DNA of 64,000 nt from Eledone cirrhosa (Eukaryota). The position numbers and the translations under genes are program-made. The stretch lies in assembly GCA_964016885.1 (NCBI GenBank), contig OZ024742.1:258788001-258852000 (forward strand), in the 5' to 3' direction. Under the pieces are notes generated by a model. That model ran no database searches and was not told the origin of the DNA. It was given only the letters and a program-made list of their open reading frames with translations. Of the stretch, positions 1-13,627 are shown in pieces (position 1 is the first letter of the stretch; the number at the start of each line of letters is the position of its first letter).

Positions 1-30
1 TTATTAGAAGCGTTGCCTTAAAAAAATATT

Positions 31-481
31 AAACTAGACCTGAAAAATGCGCACGCTCAAAAGAGCCACAGAATGTTATAATAAACCTTCAAAAGTGTGG
101 GACTAGATTTGTTGCTCAAAAATATTCTAATCATTATTTATCATACAGTCTGTGGCATCTTTTTATAAAAAAAGAGACTTATAACGAACTCTAGATGACA
201 CGATACTTATTTAAGTGAATTTATAATATAGAGTTCGGTTTATGTGCATTTCGTATTAATCATTACTAAACATCTAATATGAGATATTGAACATTAGCTT
301 AAATAATTATCGTGTCGTCTTGAGTTCGTTATGAGTCTCTTTTTTATAAAAGGATACCACAGAGTGTACGATAGATAACGATTACAATATTTTTGAGCAG
401 CAACTCTAGTCCCACACTTTTGAAGGTTTATTATAACATTCTGTGGTTCTTTTGAGCTTGCGTATTTTTCAGGTCTAGTTA
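31..481. repeat. Diverged inverted repeat (arms ~31-215 and ~297-481)
   Basis: aactagacctgaaaaat...gacacgatacttatttaag is the reverse complement of cttaaataattatcgtgtc...atttttcaggtctagtt with scattered substitutions; no HHR core seen. Confidence 0.85.
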
Positions 482-965
482 ATTATTGGTGTGTATGTGA
501 CTTAAATATCTGAGAAATGAAGTTGAAACTTCGCTGATTTTAAAAGACATTTTCTCTCTTGTTTTGAAAGGCAGATGTTGTATCAAGCTGTACCTATATT
601 TGATCTATTCTCTATTAAATTTCTATATGTGTTTTTGAGGGCGGGTGGCTTATTCATTGGAATGTTTATTATCAGGGTCGTAATGCCATGTTTTGGAACC
701 CGGTGGCGCGCTGTCTTTGAATAAGACATTTTAAACATGTAAATTCAATCAACTCAGCTGAGAACAGAAAAGTTGTACTTTTAGTTTAAAGGCCTGTCCT
801 TGTGAAGCACAATGTTGCGGTTACTCTCCATGAGATGTATGGAATGCTCTGCAATTTGCACGCTAATTACACGAGCTGGCTGCTCTTTTGTTCATAGCAT
901 CTACAACAGATACGTTGTTGTTATTGTGTTCTAATAAAAAAGGAGTTACCAACATTCTAATAATT

Positions 966-1304
966 GTGAGAAATGAAATTTCGTTTCAATTTTTCCGTTT
1001 ATCGTTTTCGGTGGGCCTGGCCGATTAACTCACTCGATATGCAAATTAAGCTGCTCAGCCATTAATATGCATGAGGAAAGTATATACTTTCAGACGTTCA
1101 CTCTACTGGCAGGAAGGTATACGTTGCTGACGATAGCTAATAAGCTTGAAACTAGTACAGCGTTCCTTTGTCAGTGTTGAACAAATGAGCAACGATGGTT
1201 GCTAGACACTGTACGGCTTAATTCGGGATGTTTGTTTACAAACACACCGAGCATTATAATAAATGTTCGGTGAATTCATACGTACATATATATATGTGTG
1301 CATG

Positions 1305-1348
<44 letters not shown>

Positions 1349-1451
1349 CTACTGTACGCCTGTATACATATATGTATGTACGTATACATACTTACATTTA
1401 AATAACAGCCGTACTAAAATTGAGAAATGAAATTACGTTTCATTTTTTTCC

Positions 1452-1458
<7 letters not shown>
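966..1458 (+). mobile_element. HHR-bearing non-coding repeat, family A (retrozyme-like or solo pLTR), ~1.1 units
   Basis: Terminal direct repeat gagaaatgaaatt.cgtttca.ttttccgttta at ~966 and ~1422; homologous to 30700-31459 and, inverted, to 14725-14900; 3' end runs into (TA)n. Confidence 0.8.
1111..1167 (+). ncRNA. Type I minimal hammerhead ribozyme (family A)
   Basis: cgttg-CTGACGA(1127)-t agct aata agct t-GAAA-ctag-TA-cagcg; helix I extends aggaa/ttcct; palindromic helix III ACTAGT; GUA site, cleavage predicted after 1157. Confidence 0.85.
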
Positions 1459-1503
<45 letters not shown>

Positions 1504-1627
1504 ATAATAATAAATGTGAAGACTAAAGTCCAAAGAGGGCTCGATAAGGGTAATATATATACAAAAATGTATAGAGCATAGAGTACAAAAATGTATAAAA
1601 CCATAGAGCAAATATTTCTTAAAATAA

Positions 1628-1735
1628 CAGATTATAGTTTAAGAAAAGAATCGCTGTTTCACCCTTAGCAGGATCATCAGAAGATCCCGTTAAGGGTGAG
1701 ACAGGGATTCTTTTCTTAAACTTTAATCTATCTGT
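1628..1735. repeat. Short head-to-head palindrome with an HHR-like core at its centre
   Basis: Minus strand reads CTGATGA tcc tgctaa ggg t GAAAc (1657-1680); plus arm is a decayed copy cagaagatcccgttaagggtgagac. Confidence 0.65.
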
Positions 1736-1850
1736 GGACTTTATGATCTTTCATAAGGACACCTGCATTTCATAAGCATACACTATTGTAATGAGAAAAA
1801 GTTATTAAATATATCACTAAAATGCTATCGGTATATTATATATATATATA

Positions 1851-1985
<135 letters not shown>

Positions 1986-2534
1986 GTATGTGTATGTGGA
2001 TGTGTATGTATGTGTATGTGTGTACACATGGACTAGAGTATGTATGTATATATGTGTGTGTCTATACGTGTGTATATATAAAGATAAGTTGAGTATGAAA
2101 ATGTATACACATGAGCGCGTATGTATGTACATGAATACATGTGTGTATATATATGTGTATGCATGTGTATATATATGTAAGTATGAATATGTGAATTGTG
2201 AGTATATGTATTTTGTAGAGGTGTGCAAATATATTTGTGTGTGAATGCGTGGGTGAAAGAATACTACACTTGAAAGAAAAATTTAAGTCTGAATGTTAAG
2301 TGCAAACACAAAACCAACCACGCATATCTTTACTATCTCTAATCCTTCTATAGATTTAGAAAAATAACCAATAATATATTCTATAAAAAATGTCAAAACA
2401 ACAGATGGGAATCTAATTACTCACTGCCACCAAGAATTCTCACTGCTATCGAAAAACCACTCCTTCAACTATTCTTCTAACAACTTCACCCCTCCCTCCT
2501 AATATTCTCTATAAAAACTAAATAGGTCCTCAGT

Positions 2535-2658
2535 AATATTATTCTGATGAAATGACAGTAAATAATAACATTGAAATATTGAATGTCTGCATAACTAAAA
2601 GTTTGTAGATAGCTGTTTTAGGTTATGTAACTGTTATAGAAACACGTGTCAATAAATT
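2535..2658 (+). ncRNA. Hammerhead ribozyme with large branched helix II (5' pLTR)
   Basis: ttatt-CTGATGA(2544)-a atgacagt...actgttat a-GAAA(2639)-cacgtg-TC-aataa; GUC site; palindromic ACACGTGT. Confidence 0.75.
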
Positions 2659-2859
2659 CCTTTCAACTAAACTGTATCCATTCAAATCTTTCTATTTTTC
2701 TCCGGATTACTTTTGGAACTACAACTGGAACCGTCGAGCAAACTCTACGTGAGCTGATAATCTACTGTGTGTAATATTTATATTACAACACAACGGAAAA
2801 TACTGTATATTTACCTCCTGTAAAGTCGAGCAACCCACACAGCAAACGCAACCACAACA

Positions 2860-5181
2860 ATGGAAAAACACTACCTGGATATGTCACTCAAAAACATACC
2901 AACCCAAGGTAGAAAGGAATATTTATTGAGCATGATTCAAAAAACTAATGAATTCATTCGACGTGTCAGGTGGAAAACGCTCCACTATGATAGAAGCCGT
3001 ATGAACTCAACATTAGAAAGTGGTGTAAACAACAAATTCGGTTTTAGGACTTGTAAAAACCCACCCACCAACCCACTATTAGATGCATTTGAGCAGGACC
3101 TTATGAACTTAATCCTTAAAATTAAATTCAAAGGACGCAACACCAACAGCAAATTACAGAAAGATATAAAAAAACTACTGGACGACCTTAAAAACACCAA
3201 AGGAATTGTAGTAAAAGCGGACAAAACATCAAACCTGTACACTATGGATTGCACTACATACAACAACTTCATTCGAAAAGAATTACATAAAAAATATAGA
3301 AAAACGAGTGAAGTAACACTTAAGCACATCAATGATGAGGCATGCGAAATAGTGAAAAATCTCGGAATCGAGGATAGGACAGGACCACTCTTACCGGCGG
3401 TACCCACCTTCAATCTTAAGGACCACAAGGTAAACTTTGATAATGACCCTAAAATTAGATTAATCTGCCCCTCTAAATCAGATATAGGTAAAATAAGCAA
3501 ATATATCTTAGATAGAATCATCCCCCAAATTAAGGCTAAGGTTAACATTAAACTCTGGGGGAAGACCCAAGAAGCAATAAGATGGTTTAATAGCATTAGC
3601 AATAAGAATAAATCTAAGTTTATCCAGTTTGATATCGATGAATATTACTCATCGATATGACCTGAAACTTTGAATAGAGCCATTAAGTTTGCTAAGGATA
3701 ACTCTGACCTTACAAACGATGAAATTAAGATTATATTAGAAGCTAGGAAAACTATAGTCAAATTTGAGAACAGTTATTGGGTACGTAAAGATAGACCCTC
3801 TAACTTTGACATAACAATGGGCTCTAACGATTCGGCGGAAATAACTGATATTGTGGGGTTATTTATCGCCTTTAGACTCCAGGAAAAATTCAGCAATCTC
3901 CACGGCGGAATATACCGCGACGATGTTCTCCTCCTAGCTAAAAACCTTAATAACCAAAAACTAGAAAAACTACGCAAAGATATAAGAAAACTACTACTCG
4001 AAATAGGACTAACTATAACATATGAATACAACCTTAAAGTAGTTAACTTCCTGGATGTCACACTCAATTTAAACTCTGGTTTGATTAAACCGTTTCATAA
4101 ATTGAATGAAAATCTCAAATACGTAAATGTTGGGTCTAACCACCCCATCTCTATAATTAAATCTATCCCTAAAAATATTTCCCTTAGAATCTCGGGTCTA
4201 TCTTCTAACATACAAGTATTTAAGGAACACGCCGAGTACTACGATAACGCCCTTACTAAAGCAGGCTACCTCAACAAAATAGAGTACATAGATGGGAACA
4301 ATCAAAACACCCAAAATAAATCCCACATAGGTAGATATAATAACACAACACCAAACCACACTTACTACCATAGTATGCACACCAGTAAACCAACAAACAA
4401 AACTAATAGAAAGCGATGCAAAGAGTACTTATGGTATAACCCCGAATACAATAGCTCCATTAGTACAAATTTACCAGTACTCTTCTTTAAAATAATTAAA
4501 AGACATTTTCCCACATCACACAAATACCACAAAATCCTAAACCCTACCACTATAAGACTGTCATACTCTACAGCGTTAAACCTTGAACAACACATAAAAA
4601 AGATCAATACTAGAAGGTTAAACGAAAACACTAAGAACTTAAGTACAAAGAACCCCAAAAAAACAGTAGACAATACACTACAGAACATAAATAAATCACA
4701 CCTAAGTTCGTCCGCAATACTACTCCAGAGAAAACCCAACGTACACAACTGTAACTGCACCTATCCTGACAACTGCCCCCTCGGCAATAACTGCCTGGAA
4801 AAAAATATTATTTATAAGTGTACCATTAAATCCGGAGGCAACGAGTGGTATTACGTGGGATCAACGGCAACATCGTTTAAATCTCGATTGTATAGGCATT
4901 CTTACTCAATAAAACACCAGAGCCAAAGAAATGTAACAACTTTAGCAGAAAAAGCTTGGACGCTCAGGGATAGCAATCAAAAGTTTACCCTAAAATGGGA
5001 AAAATTAGCTAAAACCCAAAGCTTTTCCAGGAGCCAAAATTTCTGCAAATTGTGTAATCTTGAGATTTATTACATAATCACACACAAGAAGAAACTGCTG
5101 AATAACAGAATTGAACGAACATTATTCTGCCGTCACAGAACTAAAACCCTTTTTTCCCACTACAAGCAGAATATTACATAA
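2860..5181 (+). pseudogene. PLE RT-GIY-YIG polyprotein broken by one in-frame TGA (3658-3660)
   Basis: ORFs 2860-3660 and 3670-5181 share a frame; motifs VVKADKT, FIQFDIDEYYSSI, ITMGS, YRDD, FLDV, CNCx5CPx4C, IIY..YYVG, CKLC..E, CRH. Confidence 0.92.
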
Positions 5182-5504
5182 AAGAGGGACATCCCCCAAC
5201 TATATAAACCTTAATCTAGTTAGAAAAATATAAAAACAATCTCTTCTCAACATATATTAATAACCTTAAATTACCATACTAATAATGAAAAGATATGCTG
5301 ATGAGAATAGGTACAAATATGCGATAATGAATGTGTCTAAAAACGTCCATAAGTATGTATATATATGTGAAAATGTATATAAATAAGTAAATATATATAT
5401 ATGTTTGATGTGTATAGTTAGATGTAAGTGTATTCATGTATTAAAGTGCTTATATATATATATATGTGTGTGTGTATGTGTGTATATGTGTATGTGTGTA
5501 TATG

Positions 5505-5601
<97 letters not shown>

Positions 5602-6146
5602 GTGTATGTGGATGTGTATGTATGTGTATGTGTGTACACATGGACTAGAGTATGTATGTATATATGTGTGTGTCTATACGTGTGTATATATAAAGATAAG
5701 TTGAGTATGAAAATGTATACACATGAGCGCGTATGTATGTACATGAATACATGTGTGTATATATATGTGTATGCATGTGTATATATATGTAAGTATGAAT
5801 ATGTGAATTGTGAGTATATGTATTTTGTAGAGGTGTGCAAATATATTTGTGTGTGAATGCGTGGGTGAAAGAATACTACACTTGAAAGAAAAATTTAAGT
5901 CTGAATGTTAAGTGCAAACACAAAACCAACCACGCATATCTTTACTATCTCTAATCCTTCTATAGATTTAGAAAAATAACCAATAATATATTCTATAAAA
6001 AATGTCAAAACAACAGATGGGAATCTAATTACTCACTGCCACCAAGAATTCTCACTGCTATCGAAAAACCACTCCTTCAACTATTCTTCTAACAACTTCA
6101 CCCCTCCCTCCTAATATTCTCTATAAAAACTAAATAGGTCCTCAGT

Positions 6147-6270
6147 AATATTATTCTGATGAAATGACAGTAAATAATAACATTGAAATATTGAATGTCT
6201 GCATAACTAAAAGTTTGTAGATAGCTGTTTTAGGTTATGTAACTGTTATAGAAACACGTGTCAATAAATT
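6147..6270 (+). ncRNA. Hammerhead ribozyme with large branched helix II (3' pLTR copy)
   Basis: Same sequence as 2535-2658; CTGATGA at 6156, GAAA at 6251, GUC ending at 6262. Confidence 0.75.
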
Positions 6271-6420
6271 CCTTTCAACTAAACTGTATCCATTCAAATC
6301 TTTCTATATATATATATATATATATAGATAATTTAATATATCAACTAACATAAGCGCACAGATGCACGCCCATGCTAGCAAATACACAGGTTATGTCATA
6401 TATATATATATATATATTTA

Positions 6421-6745
6421 TATCAATGATATTAATAAATGGAAACTATATTTATAAAATGATATTTATTGTATTATATATATTTCAAGGGTACGAAAAC
6501 TTTGGTACGCTTTCATCAGATAAAATACAAAATTTGTTTTCTAAATATTGACATATCCATATGGATGGTCAAGTTTTACCTAAAAGCGTACCAAAGTTTA
6601 ATAGAATAAATATGGTTTTATAAATATTTTTTCCATTTATTAATATCATTGATATTATTATCCAGAAAACTTGTCGAGTGCTTCGAATCAGTTATAAATA
6701 TATAAATATTTGTTGTATTACCAACAAATTAAATATCCATTTGCT
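6421..6745. mobile_element. Palindromic mini-element, HHR family B (intact HHR on minus strand, 6464-6528)
   Basis: Minus: tattttat-CTGATGA-aag c gtac..gtac c ctt-GAAA-tatata-TA-atacaata; right arm internally deleted plus a tail; (TA)n flanks. Confidence 0.8.
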
Positions 6746-6851
6746 TATATATATATATATATTTTTTTTTTTTCAAAGGTATTTACTGAGTTAGGAACTC
6801 AAAATAGTCTTTTAAAACAAAATAGCTGTAAGAAAGAGATATTTTCGATAT

Positions 6852-7271
6852 AAAAGAAAAACGTACACAGATATATACATATATGTGTTCAAATCGTAAG
6901 GGACCAGATTCGCTAAGGTGAAAAGAATTGGCTGCTACGTTTAGTGTTGTAAGTTTGTGAGACGCGCTAGGATGCCATGTGCGCTATTCAGTTCCTTAAT
7001 ATACTTAGAAGTGTCTAGGATATTAATTCATCACCCACTGATGAGCTTGAATTGGTAATTCTATTCACAATTAACATTGCGAAACAACAACAAGTTGTGT
7101 GGGTGATTGGTAGTTACCACAATTACGGTTTGTATTTATTTTCTTGATTTTTTCTTAAATTGAGACAAGCAAACCCAATTCTCTATAGTTAGTATTCGTT
7201 TCACCTTAGCGAATCCGGTCCCTTACGATTTGTACACATATATGTATATATCTGTGTTTGATTTTTCTTTT
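6852..7271. mobile_element. Inverted-repeat element enclosing an HHR fold with a non-cleaving GUG triplet (7031-7106, +)
   Basis: Arms ~6852-6928 and ~7193-7271; tcaccca-CTGATGA-gc...gc-GAAA-caac aacaa gttg-TG-tgggtga. Confidence 0.7.
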
Positions 7272-7338
7272 GTACTGGGTAATTGCTGGCCTTGTGCCAA
7301 AAGTAAAAACAATTATAATATATATATATATATATATA

Positions 7339-7555
7339 TTGGTAAAAAGAAAAGAAGATGCTGACAAATTGTTCCCAGTGAAAAATAGTTTAATTAGGAA
7401 TAAGTAAAAATTAGTAATAAGTATGGGTTAGTATTCAGTTTTGGTTTTAGGTTTATTCCTAATTAAACTATTTTTCACTGGGAACAATTTGTCAGCATTT
7501 TCTCTTCCTTTTACCAATATATCACAACTCGTGTGTTACACCTCTATTCTTTTAT
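7339..7555. mobile_element. Palindromic fragment of the pLTR family seen at 48740-50430
   Basis: ttggtaaaa...gctgacaaattgttc...aattaggaata and its reverse complement, plus tail gtgtgttacacctctattc shared with ~50400. Confidence 0.75.
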
Positions 7556-7867
7556 ATATGTGAATAAAATTAGTCCTTCATCAGTGATCTCCAGCCTTCA
7601 TTGGCATTTCATCACTTATAAGATCATATACCTCTGGTTGGTGCGAGCAACGGCTAAAGAAAGTCGTTGGGACACGTAAATAGGGGGAACGAGCGAGACA
7701 GTAAACAAACATATATATATATATATATATAAGGAAAAAAAACATGGAAGAATGGCACAGTATATAACTGTACGTATAGGTACATATATATATAAACGTC
7801 ATTGGTGCACTAATATAATTTGTCCATGTGTATACTTGTGCATATGCATACATGTAGGTATATTATA

Positions 7868-8050
7868 TATTGGTGGATTGGCAGTATCAGTCCAACGCCA
7901 TGCTTTCCAGCATAGTTACGTCCCTTTACGGTCTGAATTCAAATTCCGCCGAGGTTATACTTTGCCTTTCATCCTTATGGGGTCGATAAAATAAAGTACC
8001 AGTAATATACTGGTAATTTGCTGGCCTTGTGCCAAAAGTAGAAACAATTA
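7868..8050 (+). mobile_element. tRNA-derived SINE (octopod type)
   Basis: A/B-box-like head, body ctttgcctttcatcct..ggggtcgataaaataaagtaccag, tail ggccttgtgccaaaagtagaaacaat; several other copies in the window. Confidence 0.8.
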
Positions 8051-8833
8051 TATATTGAGTTACAAACTCGAAATAGTCTTTTACAATTAAATAGCTCAAA
8101 GAAGGGAATATTTCCGAGCCGTGTAATACAAGTGAATATATGAGAGGGATGAACACTGATACAAGTATACATGTGTTCGAATTGCAAATTACCAAGTTAG
8201 CTGGGTTGAAAAATATTAATTTAAAATAGAAGAAAAAAATGTACATATATACATATATGCACATTTCCATGTATGTATATGTGCATATATGTATATATGT
8301 ACATGTGTATGTATTTATATATGCATGCATATATGTTTCTATGTATGTATCTATGTAAATTTGTATTTATGTATCTATGTTCTTGAATATAAGTAACATA
8401 TATCTAATTGTATATTTTAAAAGACGTAATATAACGCCAGTGCACTCTACATTCGTTGTCTTCATATATCAAATCGAATATTCCAGTTAACAGAGAAGAC
8501 AATGTGGTTGTTATTGATCTACTAAGATTATATCCTATTACTATTTTATAGCTATTCTTACTTCGAATGTTGAAATTGTTACGTATAAGTAAAATTAGCT
8601 ATTTGTCTTATACGTAATTATTTCTTTCTCAATATTTATGTTTTTCTTTGTAGATGTTCTTGGCGACAAACTCTACCAATTCATCCGTAGAAGCGGTAAA
8701 TTGGTATAATCATAAGAGGATTGAATATTATACTTTGCAGTTTTCATTCCGATATTCTGCGTTCGCAGTTCACATTCCGCCGTTCACATTCCGGCTTTGA
8801 CTTAAAAATAAATTATGTATATTCAGATAAATG

Positions 8834-8888
<55 letters not shown>

Positions 8889-9260
8889 AAATGAAGTAAT
8901 TCCATCGGAAAAGTCCAGGAAAAAAGAGTGCTCTATGTAAGCAACAGAGCTTAATTATTATTATTATGTAATAAACAACATAAGGCAATTATTCCATTTA
9001 CCAGTGGTTTCTTAAAAGCAAAAGGTTTTGCTTTCAATCCTCAGAATGAAAAATCCTGGTTTGTTTATTGAATATGGATTCTAAAAACGAAAATGCAATC
9101 TATATGAAAGTGAGGCTGGAAAAGGGAGAAGGAAAGGAAAAATAAAATAAAATAAAACTACACATGCAAACACACACAAAAAAACCCAAAAGCATACTTA
9201 CACACACACACATATATACACATATAATTTGCACGCATACACATATACACATACACATAC

Positions 9261-9311
<51 letters not shown>

Positions 9312-9412
9312 CACATACATACACATATATATATATAAAGAGCGTACACCTACACACACATACACATATATATACACACATATACACATACATATATTCA
9401 TACATACACACG

Positions 9413-9448
<36 letters not shown>

Positions 9449-9470
9449 TATATATACACATGTACATATC

Positions 9471-9510
<40 letters not shown>

Positions 9511-9961
9511 CATATACACACATATACACATATACATACACACACACACACACACACACACATGTGTGTGTACAAGCCTACACATACACACACACATATA
9601 TATACACACACATATACATACATTCACACAAACATACAACGTACATACATACACATACATGAATGCACTCCACTACATATTAACACACGCAAATAAATAT
9701 AAGAAAAAAATATATAAATAATATTAACAAATATTTGACAGCGATACATGCCCCAGCTAACAGGACAGACACGCGTGGTAAGTAATACACACATAAGCGC
9801 ATATACATACGTTCGAAATAGTAAACACATACACACACTCTCACACATAAATATACATATACAAATACATAAACACGTACATACACATACATACGCAAAC
9901 ACGTACACGTATACAATATAAACACACACATGTATATGTAATTATATACACACACACACAC

Positions 9962-10006
<45 letters not shown>

Positions 10007-10020
10007 CAAAAATATAAAAA

Positions 10021-11667
10021 TTAGATAACCGGATTGAAAGCTTAGCTAAGCGTAAAGCATATATTACCCTTAAAGACCATAAATTGGACTTTACTAATCG
10101 ACCTAGTTGTAGACTGATTAACCCGGCTAAATCCGAGGTTGGCCTTGCTAGTAAGAAAATCTTAAGAAAAATAATTATCCAAATTAGAACTAACACTGTC
10201 CTTTCACAGTGGCTAAATACTTCCTCTGTTATTTCTTGGTTCAATAATATACAAGGTAAAAATAAGTGTAGATTTACGCAATTTGATATTGTCGATTTTT
10301 ACCCTTCTATTACCGTTTCCTTATTAACTAAAGCCTTAGATTTTGCAAGACCCTTCATTAATATCTCCAAATTAGAAGAGGACATTATCTTTCATGCCAG
10401 AAAAACTTTACTTTTTACTAATGATAAGATTTGGGTTAAAAAGTCAAACCCTGAAAACTCTTTCGATGTTGCAATGGGTTCTTATGACAGTGCGGATGTG
10501 TGCGACTTAGTAGGATTATTCCTTCTCCACACACTCAAAGAGAAATTTCCGTCCCATAATATCGGTTTATACCGTGATGACGGATTAGCAGTTTCTCATA
10601 CCACCAATGGCCATAATCTTGATAAATTCCGTAAAGATTTAATTAGTACCTTTGCTAATCTTAACCTTAAAATTACTATAGATACGAACCTTACTAATGC
10701 TAACTTTCTTGATATTAATCTTGATCTACTTACTGCCTCTTTTAAACCCTATCATAAACCTAATGAAAATCTTAGGTATATACACAAAGAGTCTTGCCAT
10801 CCCCCTATAGTTTTTAATAATCTTATTCCTAACATTAGCCGTAGGATTTCTACTTTATCTTCGTCTATAGACATTTTTAATAAAGCCGCCCCTTATTATA
10901 ATAAAGCCCTTAAGAACAGCGGTTTTACAGAAAATATTTCTTATTTACCTATTCCCCCCCCTAAAACTAACCATAATAACAGGAAAAGGAAGATTATTTG
11001 GTTCACACCCCCCTTCTCTCTAAATGTCAAAACTAATGTAGGAAGGAAATTCCTTGAACTATTAGACAAACATTTTCCTCCTATTCATAGATATTATAAG
11101 ATTTTTAATAGGAATGTAGTTAAGATCAGCTACTCTTGTTGTCCATCCATGAAATCCAAAATCACCAGTTCAAACCGTACGAGGATAAATCCAGGATGCA
11201 GTTGCAGGAAGCCGGATGAATGCCCATTGCAGGGTAAATGTAAAACAAAATCTGTCGTTTATGAGGCTAAAATAACGCCAGTTATCAACAACCAGCCAGC
11301 CAGAAGCGAGCGATATGTCGGTATGACCCAGGACAGGTTTAAAACCAGATTTTACTCACATGTCGCTTCTTTTAAACACTCAGATAAACGAACATCAACA
11401 GCCCTCGCAAGTAAGGTATGGGATCTCAAGGATAGTAATATCCCGTACTCTATTGATTGGTCTATATTAGACCATTCGAGGGAGTACCAAAGGGGCACAA
11501 AGAATTGTTCTTTGTGTACCACAGAAAAGTATAGGATTTTGCTAAACTTGAGAGACACTTCCGCTTGCCTTAACTCTAAGACTGAGATCTTCAGATGCTG
11601 TCCTCATCTGAAATCGCATCTGATCTGTAACTGGATTGACACTCCTACGATAAATCAACCGCCTTGA
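10021..11667 (+). CDS. PLE RT + GIY-YIG, N-terminally truncated but open (no true start codon)
   Basis: Frame open from the junction (LDNRIE..LKDHK); [31 protein letters not shown], CSCx5CPx4C, VVY..YVG, CSLC..E, CPH. Confidence 0.88.
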   Translation, partial: LDNRIESLAKRKAYITLKDHKLDFTNRPSCRLINPAKSEVGLASKKILRKIIIQIRTNTVLSQWLNTSSVISWFNNIQGKNKCRFTQFDIVDFYPSITVSLLTKALDFARPFINISKLEEDIIFHARKTLLFTNDKIWVKKSNPENSFDVAMGSYDSADVCDLVGLFLLHTLKEKFPSHNIGLYRDDGLAVSHTTNGHNLDKFRKDLISTFANLNLKITIDTNLTNANFLDINLDLLTASFKPYHKPNENLRYIHKESCHPPIVFNNLIPNISRRISTLSSSIDIFNKAAPYYNKALKNSGFTENISYLPIPPPKTNHNNRKRKIIWFTPPFSLNVKTNVGRKFLELLDKHFPPIHRYYKIFNRNVVKISYSCCPSMKSKITSSNRTRINPGCSCRKPDECPLQGKCKTKSVVYEAKITPVINNQPARSERYVGMTQDRFKTRFYSHVASFKHSDKRTSTALASKVWDLKDSNIPYSIDWSILDHSREYQRGTKNCSLCTTEKYRILLNLRDTSACLNSKTEIFRCCPHLKSHLICNWIDTPTINQPP

Positions 11668-11961
11668 ACTCCTTCTCTGCTCTTTACTTTTGCTACGGCT
11701 TTTATTTTGCTGCTTCTACCTTCTGTACTCTTGTATTTAAAAAATATTTTTTTCTCCCTTACCTCCCTTTATATTTTTACCTCCTCTAGGCCCCCCACCC
11801 CATATATTCTTTTTGTTTTGCCCTTCACATACCTATGTGTATGTGTATGTATTTTTGTGTGTATATATGTATATGTGTACGTATATGTTTGTGTATGTAT
11901 ATATATATGTGTATGTATGTATGTATATGTATGTGTGTGTATATGTGTGTATGTATATATG

Positions 11962-12001
<40 letters not shown>

Positions 12002-12067
12002 TGTATATATATATGTATATATATATATGTGTGTGTGCGTGTCTGTATGTGTGTATATATTTGTATA

Positions 12068-12126
12068 TTTCATTCTGAAGATTGAAGGAAACTTTTTTTG
12101 CTTTTAAGAAACCTCTGGTGAATGGA
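12068..12126 (+). ncRNA. Decayed second HHR copy in the PLE2 3' region
   Basis: ttcatt-CTGAAGA(12075)-...-GAAA-cctctgg-TG-aatgga; GUG triplet and weakened helix II. Confidence 0.65.
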
Positions 12127-12268
12127 TTAATTGCCTTGTATGGCTTTATTACTTTACTACTATATATACGTTTATGTAAGGTTCATTTGTCTTATCTAAT
12201 ACTGAGCTTTACACATACACACATGTATATGTGTGTGTGTATGTGTATGCATGTGTGTATGTGTACGT

Positions 12269-12302
<34 letters not shown>

Positions 12303-12583
12303 TTGTGTATATATATGTGTATATATATATATGTATATGTATATATGTATATATGTATATGTACGTGTATGTATGTATATGTTGCGTGTGTTTTTATTTA
12401 TTTTTATGTATGTGTGGGTTTGTGTGTGGGTGTGTGTGTGTGTATATATGTGTGTGTGTTTGTATTTGGTTGTGCGTTCTTTTGATATATACGTATTTGC
12501 ATGTGTATAATTGTTTAGCTATGTATGTATATGTGTGTTTACGTATTTATATGTGTGTGTGCGTTTATATTTTTATATTTTTG

Positions 12584-12630
<47 letters not shown>

Positions 12631-13081
12631 GTGTGTGTGTGTGTATATAATTACATATACATGTGTGTGTTTATATTGTATACGTGTACGTGTTTGCGTA
12701 TGTATGTGTATGTACGTGTTTATGTATTTGTATATGTATATTTATGTGTGAGAGTGTGTGTATGTGTTTACTATTTCGAACGTATGTATATGCGCTTATG
12801 TGTGTATTACTTACCACGCGTGTCTGTCCTGTTAGCTGGGGCATGTATCGCTGTCAAATATTTGTTAATATTATTTATATATTTTTTTCTTATATTTATT
12901 TGCGTGTGTTAATATGTAGTGGAGTGCATTCATGTATGTGTATGTATGTACGTTGTATGTTTGTGTGAATGTATGTATATGTGTGTGTATATATATGTGT
13001 GTGTGTATGTGTAGGCTTGTACACACACATGTGTGTGTGTGTGTGTGTGTGTGTATGTATATGTGTATATGTGTGTATATG

Positions 13082-13121
<40 letters not shown>

Positions 13122-13143
13122 GATATGTACATGTGTATATATA

Positions 13144-13179
<36 letters not shown>

Positions 13180-13280
13180 CGTGTGTATGTATGAATATAT
13201 GTATGTGTATATGTGTGTATATATATGTGTATGTGTGTGTAGGTGTACGCTCTTTATATATATATATGTGTATGTATGTG

Positions 13281-13329
<49 letters not shown>

Positions 13330-13539
13330 GTATGTGTATGTGTATATGTGTATGCGTGCAAATTATATGTGTATATATGTGTGTGTGTGTAAGTATGCTT
13401 TTGGGTTTTTTTGTGTGTGTTTGCATGTGTAGTTTTATTTTATTTTATTTTTCCTTTCCTTCTCCCTTTTCCAGCCTCACTTTCATATAGATTGCATTTT
13501 CGTTTTTAGAATCCATATTCAATAAACAAACCAGGATTT

Positions 13540-13599
13540 TTCATTCTGAGGATTGAAAGCAAAACCTTTTGCTTTTAAGAAACCACTGGTAAATGGAAT
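13540..13599 (+). ncRNA. Hammerhead ribozyme (3' pLTR of PLE2; inverted copy at 8991-9051)
   Basis: ttcatt-CTGAGGA(13546)-ttgaaagcaaaa cc ttttgcttttaa-GAAA-ccactgg-TA-aatgga. Confidence 0.85.
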
Positions 13600-13627
13600 A
13601 ATTGCCTTATGTTGTTTATTACATAAT

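Noticed and set aside
2985-4760. Antisense ORFs over PLE1 (and similar ones over PLE2 and PLE4)
   Set aside because: Shadow frames of A-rich coding strands; no motifs
5295-5345. CTGATGA in the PLE1 3' UTR as an HHR or SECIS
   Set aside because: No downstream GAAA/UH with pairing; no convincing SECIS stem
7355-7400. CTGACAA attg ttcc cagt GAAA as a variant HHR (also ~48760)
   Set aside because: Core G8 missing, helix I does not pair, and it is antisense to the inferred element direction
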